Below are positions 37,104 to 45,119 of a stretch of DNA of 64,000 nt, in pieces (the first letter of the stretch is position 1; the number at the start of each line of letters is the position of its first letter). The translations under genes and the position numbers were made by a program. The notes below the pieces were generated by a model. It ran no database searches, had not been told where the DNA came from, and saw nothing but the letters and a program-made list of their open reading frames with translations. The DNA comes from an uncultured Fibrobacterota bacterium (GTDB lineage Bacteria > Fibrobacterota > Chitinivibrionia > Chitinivibrionales > FEN-1185), in the NCBI GenBank assembly GCA_963729895.1, contig CAVSQB010000018.1:32001-96000 (forward strand). The letters run 5' to 3'.

Positions 37104-38477
37104 ATGCAGGTTGGTGTTCAAATGATAGCAGGCAGAAGCATGGGTCTAAAATGGTTTGGCGGTACAGTTCTCAGCATTGCAATTATCCTAATTGCAAACA
37201 GGCCCTGTAGTGCCGAAAAGCCCGACATTTCCGTTGATTTTTCCGGATACGCCGCTATCCAGGATGGTGAAATAGTCAAGGGAATGTATGGATCAAGGTG
37301 GGATGTCTTGGACCATCAATGGCAGCAATTTCTGTTCGGAGGGTTCGACTTGGACGCCACTGTCAACAAGAGGCTCCATATTGTTTTTGGCCCTGAATGT
37401 GAAATGGCCCAGGGTGTTTACGACTTGTCCGGGGAGACCAATTATTCGTCGGACCTTGAATCCTATAATGTCTTTTATAAATTCTATTTGGACCAGATGA
37501 AAGGCACATACTCGCTGGGCGAATTGGACAATCCTTATTTGAAAGTCACCTTAGGGTATTTCAAATACCACTATAACCAGGATGTGAAAAGCCTTGGGGA
37601 ATATCTTTTTAGGGCGACCGCTTATCCGGGATACATCATCAACAGCTTCGCATCGGTTTATCAACGCTTGCCCGGGCTTTGCTTGGAATACCGGCAGATT
37701 CCCGGTTTGAAGGTCGACGCGCTATTGACAAGTGAAACCCAGTATCCGGTGGGCGATTTTACACCGTCGGTTTTGGCGAGCTATGCAGTGGGCGGCACGG
37801 GAAACCATCCGTTGGTTGAGGTCGGTGCCGGGGTATGCTTTCAAAGACTCATTTCGATCAATACGGCCCTCACGACGCCTCACTACGTCGCCAATCAGAC
37901 CATTGGATACGACACGTCATATCCCGCGCCGAACGAGACCACCGTTGTCGCAGACACCACCTATTGTTCCTTTGCCGCGACCAAGGTAATGGCGCGCTTT
38001 TCATTCGACCCCAAGCAGCTTTTTGGCAGGCCCGGTATTTTTGGCGACGAAGACCTGAAATTGTACGGAGAAGGGTGCATTCTCGGCACACAAAATTATC
38101 CTATCGTTTATGATAATATTTTAAAGAGGATGCCGGTAATGCTTGGATTTAACGTCCCGACTTTCAAGCTATTGGACGTTTTGTCCGCCGAGGTCGAGTG
38201 GTACGACAGCAAATATTCGAACAACTACCAGCTCGCCTATTTTCCGACATTCAAAGCTCCTTTGCCTTTGATAAGTGCGGGCGAACCCCCGCACTATCCC
38301 TGGTACTGGGACATTTATTTCGCTAGAAAGATCATCTATGGGCTGCAATTGATGGGTGATGTCGGTCGGACTCATTACTTTACATCAGCAAACCTTGACT
38401 TTTATAGAGACACGAGGGAAGAGTGCCCTAGCCATGGAGATTGGCAATTTACCTTGCGGGCGCAGTACAATTTTTAG
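37104..38477 (+). CDS. Predicted outer-membrane beta-barrel protein, paralog 2
   Basis: Signal peptide and C-terminal AQYNF; LGEYLFRATAYPGYI, TKVMARFSFDPK and MPVMLGFNVPTFK blocks match paralog 1. Confidence 0.7.
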   Translation: MQVGVQMIAGRSMGLKWFGGTVLSIAIILIANRPCSAEKPDISVDFSGYAAIQDGEIVKGMYGSRWDVLDHQWQQFLFGGFDLDATVNKRLHIVFGPECEMAQGVYDLSGETNYSSDLESYNVFYKFYLDQMKGTYSLGELDNPYLKVTLGYFKYHYNQDVKSLGEYLFRATAYPGYIINSFASVYQRLPGLCLEYRQIPGLKVDALLTSETQYPVGDFTPSVLASYAVGGTGNHPLVEVGAGVCFQRLISINTALTTPHYVANQTIGYDTSYPAPNETTVVADTTYCSFAATKVMARFSFDPKQLFGRPGIFGDEDLKLYGEGCILGTQNYPIVYDNILKRMPVMLGFNVPTFKLLDVLSAEVEWYDSKYSNNYQLAYFPTFKAPLPLISAGEPPHYPWYWDIYFARKIIYGLQLMGDVGRTHYFTSANLDFYRDTREECPSHGDWQFTLRAQYNF

Positions 38478-38705
38478 CACTGCACCAATCGAAATACATC
38501 TGACGTTGCTTAAGCATGGTCGGCTGGCCTGTGGCGGTGGCGTTTGCCGCGATCGCAGGAAATGCCTTGCCGGGATCCAGAAGTCAGTCCACATACAAGG
38601 ACAACCCGATTGCCAGCACGGGAATAATGTGGAACTAATCGCACTATCTAAGCCATAGTAATCCAAAGACCAAACAGCGGAACCATTTGTGCAAAACTTG
38701 ATTCT

Positions 38706-40460
38706 ATGAATACTTTAGACAAAACCGAGAAGAGCGGAGGACTGCTAAGCGATAAAGAACTGCTCAATTTTCTCCTCGATCATATACCCGATTCCATTTA
38801 CTTCAAGGATCTGCAAAGCAGGTTTCTCAAAGCCAATAAGGCCTTGGCGGAAAAAGTGCAGGCCCATGACGCGCAGGAGCTCGAAGGCAAGACTGATTTC
38901 GACTTATTTACAACCGAACATGCCCGGCAGGCGTTCGTGGATGAACAACGCGTGATGAGCACCGGTACGCCGATTGTCGGAATAGAAGAAAAGGAGACCT
39001 GGCCCAACCGGCCCGACACCTGGGTCTCGACAACAAAAATGCCGATTACAAACGGGAAAGGCGATGTCATCGGTACCTTCGGCTTATCACGCGATATTAC
39101 CGAGGTCAAGAAATACCGCGATGCATTGCAGCAGGCTAAGGAGGAGCTCGAACAACGCGTCGTGGAACGCACAGCGGAGATCGCCGAGGCAAAGTCGCGT
39201 CTCGAACAGCATCTCGAACAGCTCAACTTCCTTTATGTCACTTCCTTTGAATTGGCTCAAATCACCTCGATTGATGAAATATATCGTGCAATCGGCAAGG
39301 CATTTTTGTCTCGATTTCCTTTTGCGCAAATTTGTATTTGCCAAAGAACCAAAACCGGTTTTGCGTGTGTGTATGCGGGAAGTTGTCTGGACACCACCGA
39401 ATCCCGGCACCTGTGTGAAAAAGCGCTTGAGCCTTTTGCAATCAAAGAGATAAAAGTGCCGAGAATCGTTGACGATTGGTCCGCCAAAAATCATCTGAAA
39501 CTATCCTGGCCAAAAGAGCTTATCGATAACCCCTGCTGGATCGCGATGCCGCTTATTGCCGACAAGAGAGTACTTGCAGTAATACAGCTTTTTGCACCTA
39601 CACAAGAGAAACAGTTTTACTTTCAGGAACACGATCTGCTCGCCACGCTTTGCGCACACGCGGCGGCGTGCCTAAACAACGCTTTTCACTATAGAGACAT
39701 CGAGGTCAGGGCGCGGATGGAGGGAGAGCTTGCGGCTGCGCGGGACATGCAACAAAGCCTCATGCCCCGCGAAGCCCCCCGAATTCCGCGGGTGGACCTT
39801 GCCGGAGCGTATTTGCCGGCCTATGAGGTAAGCGGCGACTACCTTGACTACTTTCAGGCGAGCGACGGGTCTTGGGTACTCATCATTGCCGATGTATGCG
39901 GAAAGGGCGTGCCTGCTGCACTTCTCATGATGGCATTGCGCAATATAGCTCGGGTCGAAGGCAAACTCCACTATTCGGCCAAAAGCCTTCTGTGCGGAAT
40001 TAACGAGTCGATACTTTTTAATCTTAACGAACGATCCTTCATTACAGCTCTCTGCCTTGTCATAAAGCCAGATGGTTCTTCCATGACTTATGCGCGCGCA
40101 GGCCACCCTAAACTTCTGAAAATCAACGCAGCGGGGACTGCAGTTGAGGCCTTACCGTGCAAAGGCATAGCCATAGGCTTTGCGAAAAACCCGGAAGACG
40201 CTTATACACTGTTCGAGGAGGTTTCCATTCCGCTTGTTGCAGGGGATACCTTTGTTGCCTTCACCGACGGCCTTACCGATGCCGCCAATGACAAAAAAGA
40301 ATTGTACGGTATCGCGCGACTCGCCGAATCGCTGCAAAAGCAGCAAAATAAGTCACCCAAAGAACTGGTTGAAACAATTCTAGAGAACGTGGACAAGTTC
40401 ACAAACAAGCAACCTCAGAGTGACGATCTCACAATGTTTGCAATGAAAGTGAATGCGTAA
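38706..40460 (+). CDS. PAS-GAF-PP2C (SpoIIE/RsbU-like) phosphatase
   Basis: IPDSIYFKD PAS, GAF-like middle, then VSGDYLD, ADVCGKG, FTDGLTDA and SDDLT. Confidence 0.9.
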   Translation: MNTLDKTEKSGGLLSDKELLNFLLDHIPDSIYFKDLQSRFLKANKALAEKVQAHDAQELEGKTDFDLFTTEHARQAFVDEQRVMSTGTPIVGIEEKETWPNRPDTWVSTTKMPITNGKGDVIGTFGLSRDITEVKKYRDALQQAKEELEQRVVERTAEIAEAKSRLEQHLEQLNFLYVTSFELAQITSIDEIYRAIGKAFLSRFPFAQICICQRTKTGFACVYAGSCLDTTESRHLCEKALEPFAIKEIKVPRIVDDWSAKNHLKLSWPKELIDNPCWIAMPLIADKRVLAVIQLFAPTQEKQFYFQEHDLLATLCAHAAACLNNAFHYRDIEVRARMEGELAAARDMQQSLMPREAPRIPRVDLAGAYLPAYEVSGDYLDYFQASDGSWVLIIADVCGKGVPAALLMMALRNIARVEGKLHYSAKSLLCGINESILFNLNERSFITALCLVIKPDGSSMTYARAGHPKLLKINAAGTAVEALPCKGIAIGFAKNPEDAYTLFEEVSIPLVAGDTFVAFTDGLTDAANDKKELYGIARLAESLQKQQNKSPKELVETILENVDKFTNKQPQSDDLTMFAMKVNA

Positions 40461-40558
40461 CAAACAAAGAACCCCGATTTGATTTCTTTCTTTGTAACAA
40501 CGGCAACCGACCTGGGCACCTTTCGGCACAACACGATTCACGACTGTCTGCGCCCTAG

Positions 40559-41870
40559 CAGGTTGTTGAAATAGTCCTAACAGAAGCGCTCTTGTTGATT
40601 TTTTATGAACCTAACTTCAACTTTACATATGTCAGAGAGGTTTTACCTGCCTCGTTCCGAGGCATTTCCCCGGATTCCCAGGCCATTCTCATGCTGCCCC
40701 CACCGTTTGCGGCATCAACTTAACCATGCGTATCAAGTTGTACGCTGCGGCAACCACGTAGGCAACAGTCTGGTTGATTCGTATTCCTCTTACCCGAGTT
40801 TTCCGCAGGCCACCGACGCTCTTGATCCACCCAAATATCTCTTCAACCCGTTTTCGTTTCCTTTGACTTACGCTGTATCCCTTATGCCGAGTCGTTCTTC
40901 CATCCAACCCTTTAAGCGAAGTGTTGGCCTTCTCGGCAATGTGAGGCTTCACGTGCAGGCGTCGCAGGCTCTTGATAAATTCGGTTGCATGATACCCTTT
41001 GTCTGCACCCACCGTCTTCATCCGGCGTTTTCCGCGCCTGCGTTCATGCTTTATCAGCTCAAGCGCCATATCCCGTTCCGCTGTCCCCGTCGCTGGCGCA
41101 ATGGCGATATCAACACACAACCCATTTCGGTTTTCCATCAGCACGTGACCGGAATACGCCAGCTGCGCTCCCGTTCTCTTGTTCTTCCGAGCCAACCGCG
41201 CCTCTGGATCGGTCGAACTCTGATGTGTCTCATTGCTTCGCTTCTCATGGTGGAAATCAACCGACGGATTACTCCGATCATCGTCAGTCTTGTTCGCCGA
41301 TTCCGCGTCTTTTCGCTTGAAGCTCTTCATCGATGCCCAGGCTTCAATCAACGTGCCGTCAACCGTGAAATGCTCATCGGACAACAACTCTTCGGAACGA
41401 GCAAGACGCACGATTTCCTGCATCAGCCGGTGCGCAATCTCCTGTTCCATAAGTCGATCTCGGTTCTTCGAAAACACACTATGATCAAACGATGCCGCAT
41501 CCAGATCCATGTCAAGAAACCATCGGAACAGAATGTTATAGTCCAGCATCTCGCAAAACAACCGGTCCGACCGTATCGAAAACAAAGCCATCAATATCTG
41601 TGCTTTCAAAAGCCATTCCGGCGGTATCGAAGGGCGTCCCATCCGGCTGTACATCGCCTCAAAGTCACGAGAAAGGCGGCGCAGCGCTATGTCCGTAAAC
41701 TGTTTGACACGACGAAGCGGGTGTGTTGCCGGCACTCGGGAATCCGGAGAAACGAAGCTGAACATACCGCCTTGGGCTGGCTGGGAACCTCTCATCAATA
41801 CTCCTTGGTTGGGGTTCCCCTATAATATAAGGATAAATGTTTACAAAAGGGAGACTTTTTCAACACCCTG
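40559..41870 (-). mobile_element. IS5-family insertion sequence
   Basis: TIRs CAGGTTGTTGAAATAGTC / GACTTTTTCAACACCCTG; CTAG TSD at 40555-40558 and 41871-41874. Confidence 0.9.
40689..41795 (-). CDS. IS5-family DDE transposase (DUF772-type)
   Basis: HPLR, GRPSIPPE, VDGTLIEAWAS, ADKGY and RKRVEEIFGWIK. Confidence 0.9.
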   Translation of the reverse strand: MRGSQPAQGGMFSFVSPDSRVPATHPLRRVKQFTDIALRRLSRDFEAMYSRMGRPSIPPEWLLKAQILMALFSIRSDRLFCEMLDYNILFRWFLDMDLDAASFDHSVFSKNRDRLMEQEIAHRLMQEIVRLARSEELLSDEHFTVDGTLIEAWASMKSFKRKDAESANKTDDDRSNPSVDFHHEKRSNETHQSSTDPEARLARKNKRTGAQLAYSGHVLMENRNGLCVDIAIAPATGTAERDMALELIKHERRRGKRRMKTVGADKGYHATEFIKSLRRLHVKPHIAEKANTSLKGLDGRTTRHKGYSVSQRKRKRVEEIFGWIKSVGGLRKTRVRGIRINQTVAYVVAAAYNLIRMVKLMPQTVGAA

Positions 41871-41917
41871 CTAGGGGGGAAACTTCTCCCTACAAAGATA
41901 CTTTTGGATTCAGATCG

Positions 41918-43111
41918 TTATCTTCCGACACTTATAAACGCCGCAAGTCCGAACATCACCAGCGCGAGCAGGAGCTTTGTCAGCACCATGTGTCTTTGCT
42001 GGAACGAAGAGAGTTTCTTCCATTTGAGCCCGTATGCGGTAGCCATCAGGACGATGAGCAGAGGGAGCACAAAGAGGAAATTGTAAACCACCAGGAGCAG
42101 CCAGCCAACAAGCCTGAACCCGAACGTGTGGGTCATTGCCATGATGGTGGGCAGATAGATCTTTGCGGTACACGCGCCTTCGAGCAGCGTGACGAAGAAT
42201 CCGGTGATAACGGCGCCCACCACGATCTTGTTGCTCGACATGTTGCCCCGGATCACCGAATGGATGAGCAGCTTGATGCCTTTTGGCAATTGCACTTTCA
42301 TCTCGCTGGTATCCTTGGTACGGAAATAATGGATTGCGTCCCAGATGGAGAGCAGGGCCACCCATACCGCGATGCCGACGGCTGTCACGCGGATCGCAAG
42401 GGAAAACCAGTAGAATTTGTCCATGAGCGACAGGATGCGGAACGCGCCCAACCCAAGCAGAAAATAGGTAAGAAACGTTGTTCCCGCAAAAGCAAGCCCG
42501 ATTTTGAGCACGTCCGAGCGCCTCCGGTTCTGCGTACCCAGAAACGAAATGAGGAATATCATCGAGGCGATTGCGCACGGATTGACGCCGTCCACAAACC
42601 CTATGGCGAACAGGCCGATAAACGACCATGTTTTCATCCTGTCGCGGATCATGGCTGCGGTGTTTACGGTGTCGATGGTGCTGTCGCCGTAGGCGTGGGC
42701 ATAGGTCCATCTCTCGGGATGCGACAAATAGGATTCAATGAGCGGTCGGCCGGTCTTCATGATGATGTCGTATCCGACAAGAACGGTGTCCGGAAAGAAC
42801 AGCTCCTGGGGAGCGGTGGTCTTTACGTGGTACCCTTTTTCCATGGCGGTGAGCAGGGCGAGGTCTTTGTCCACCTCGATGTCGCGGTAGACAATGGAGA
42901 GTTTCCCGGCATATTGTCGGCCGAGGGGCTCAAGCAACTGCGTCTTGATTTCGGCGCATTCGCCGCAGGTGCTCGACCCGAAGAAGGTGAGTCGCAAGGA
43001 ATGCTGCGCCTTCGAAACGCCCTGCGGAAAGGCGAGACACGCCACGAACAGGATAGCGGAAACAGCTCTCACGGTATGAGCGGCGCAGACACGGAAGGCG
43101 GATGTTCTCAT
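41918..43111 (-). CDS. Thioredoxin-like domain fused to CcdA/DsbD-type membrane domain
   Basis: CGEC motif, DGVNPCA and EGACTA..YL Cys pair, multiple TM helices. Confidence 0.8.
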   Translation of the reverse strand: MRTSAFRVCAAHTVRAVSAILFVACLAFPQGVSKAQHSLRLTFFGSSTCGECAEIKTQLLEPLGRQYAGKLSIVYRDIEVDKDLALLTAMEKGYHVKTTAPQELFFPDTVLVGYDIIMKTGRPLIESYLSHPERWTYAHAYGDSTIDTVNTAAMIRDRMKTWSFIGLFAIGFVDGVNPCAIASMIFLISFLGTQNRRRSDVLKIGLAFAGTTFLTYFLLGLGAFRILSLMDKFYWFSLAIRVTAVGIAVWVALLSIWDAIHYFRTKDTSEMKVQLPKGIKLLIHSVIRGNMSSNKIVVGAVITGFFVTLLEGACTAKIYLPTIMAMTHTFGFRLVGWLLLVVYNFLFVLPLLIVLMATAYGLKWKKLSSFQQRHMVLTKLLLALVMFGLAAFISVGR

Positions 43112-43146
43112 GGTGTAATACCTTTTTTTACAATTGGACAACTTAT

Positions 43147-43315
43147 TGATTCGGTCATTAAATAGGGTACATAGTTGGTTCTTGGTTGCCTAAGTACCCC
43201 TTGGTGCTTGCCTCGATACACCGCTCGCCGAGTGGCCCTTTGGGCCGTATTGAGGCGAGCGGCACTCGGCAAGCGTTTTTGAAGAGTAATGTCACCAACT
43301 ATGATGACCGGATTG
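43147..43315. mobile_element. MITE-like element F, copy 2 (inverted)
   Basis: Reverse complement aligns with 21427-21599; TIRs slightly degenerate. Confidence 0.8.
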
Positions 43316-43370
43316 CTAGAGGCCCTGCAAGCTCCTGGAAGGTTGCAGGAGATGTCTGTGAAACGTTGCG

Positions 43371-44987
43371 CTATTGCCCAACGAATATCCCGTCGAGCGC
43401 GTCCCCGGCGAACCCGATCTTCTTTTTGCACAAAAGATATTCTTTCACCGAGAACAAGGGAATCTCCCTGTTTTCGGCAATGCGGCCATGCTCGTCGTAG
43501 GCGTCGTTGAACCACAGGGACGCAAGCCGCAGTTTTTCGCTTTCGTCGAACACGACGCTCCTTGGCGCCCATCCAACCGCAATCCCGTAGTCGCGCCGGA
43601 CAAGCGAAGCTTCGTAGTCCTCCGGTGACGCGGCCCGTGGCGAGCATTGCAGGCCGGCGCGCGCGAGATCGGCAACGACCTTTTCACCCACCAGGGACGA
43701 GACGGGGTCGTCTGACCTGTACAGGACGGAAATCGGCTGCTTACCTGCTGCGATATTCGCGCCGGCTGTCGGGGGAGGTTGCGGAGCGGCGTTGTCGGTC
43801 TCGACTGCGCCGATCACGGCGCCTTCCGCCTTGACAAAATTGGCAAGGATGTCACGCGGGTTTACGGCATTTCGTACGGCCAGCCTCGCGTTGTTGTCGT
43901 CGAGTGCGCATGACAGGAAATAACGGTCTTCGGCGAACAACACCAGGTTCGACTGCTCCATCGCCTTGCGGCGGGCGTAGTCGAGATCTTTTTCCGCAAA
44001 AAGGGAGACAATGTCGTATCTGTTAAGCGAGTAGGCCAGAATTGGATTAGGATCGCGTCCGAGCCTGAGCGTGCAGGACGCGAGATACGGCTTGGGGCCC
44101 GGGCAGCGGCTGTTGGGAACGAGCATGGTGACGCCGCCCATGTCGCTTTTCACCATGTAGGGGCCCAGCTTGAGGCTCGCAGGTAAGAGGCGAGGCGTGC
44201 ATATTCGGGCAAGCGCCTGAGGGTCGGGCGGATCAAGGTGGAGTACTATGGTCTTGTCGTCAACCACCTGAAATCCTGGGATAACGGCTTCCTGACCGCG
44301 AATAAACCCCGCAAGGCCCTTCACATTCAGGAACAGCGCAAAGCCTTCAGCGGGATGCCTTCTCACAAAATCGCTCCACGCGTTTGCGCAGTCGAACGAT
44401 GACACGGTGCGCCCCGCGCCGTTTATCAATTTATCGGCAAGGGCCAGGGTAATGTCCCGGTCGGAAACGTTTTTGACCTGGAAATAGGCCGCGGTTTCTT
44501 TGGCATGGGTGGCCTGGCAGGCTTCTTTGTTAAGAGGGTAGGATTCAAAAAGTGCGGCAACATTCTGGTCGGCAAATCCGCGTTGCATATACATGGTGAC
44601 ACTGCCTCCCGCACGGGGCTCGATTTTTTCCGGCTGCTTCTGGACCACCGGCGATTCTTTCTGGACGAGCGTTTCCGCAGGGACCGGTTTTGCCTCGGGA
44701 AGCGAAGGTTTTTCAGACGACGCCACCACCACGCGAAAATACCTGTTCTGGATAAGGGTGTCTTTCCTGAAGGGGTATTCCTTGAGGAGCCGCTCGAACG
44801 ACGCAGAGAATCTTTGTCTGTCGAGGGAATCCCTGAACGATACGAGGTAGCCGGTTGTATCACCCTTCTCGGTCCGGACGATATCGTGCCCATTGTAGAG
44901 GGTTTCGGACTGTTTGATGACTGCTTTACCGCACGAGACAAGAAGAATCCCGACCGCGCACGTGCAGGCAATGGCGTGTCTGTTCAT
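43371..44987 (-). CDS. Lipoprotein with ABC substrate-binding family 5-like domain
   Basis: LVSC lipobox; IPGFQVVDDKTIVLHL and LGPYMV segments resemble OppA/DppA. Confidence 0.65.
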   Translation of the reverse strand: MNRHAIACTCAVGILLVSCGKAVIKQSETLYNGHDIVRTEKGDTTGYLVSFRDSLDRQRFSASFERLLKEYPFRKDTLIQNRYFRVVVASSEKPSLPEAKPVPAETLVQKESPVVQKQPEKIEPRAGGSVTMYMQRGFADQNVAALFESYPLNKEACQATHAKETAAYFQVKNVSDRDITLALADKLINGAGRTVSSFDCANAWSDFVRRHPAEGFALFLNVKGLAGFIRGQEAVIPGFQVVDDKTIVLHLDPPDPQALARICTPRLLPASLKLGPYMVKSDMGGVTMLVPNSRCPGPKPYLASCTLRLGRDPNPILAYSLNRYDIVSLFAEKDLDYARRKAMEQSNLVLFAEDRYFLSCALDDNNARLAVRNAVNPRDILANFVKAEGAVIGAVETDNAAPQPPPTAGANIAAGKQPISVLYRSDDPVSSLVGEKVVADLARAGLQCSPRAASPEDYEASLVRRDYGIAVGWAPRSVVFDESEKLRLASLWFNDAYDEHGRIAENREIPLFSVKEYLLCKKKIGFAGDALDGIFVGQ

Positions 44988-45119
44988 AAACCGCCTGGTA
45001 GTTCTGGTTCCGTTGCTGATCAAAAATACATTCCAGTGGCGGTAAAATCCCTGCGGAAGGTATTTTTGGTGCATAAAACAGGTTCACCGCGTGAACGATG
45101 TCTTCCGCACAAACTCGGC

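Noticed and set aside
40605..41825. 406-aa plus-strand ORF
   Set aside because: Antisense shadow of the IS5 transposase with no recognisable motifs.
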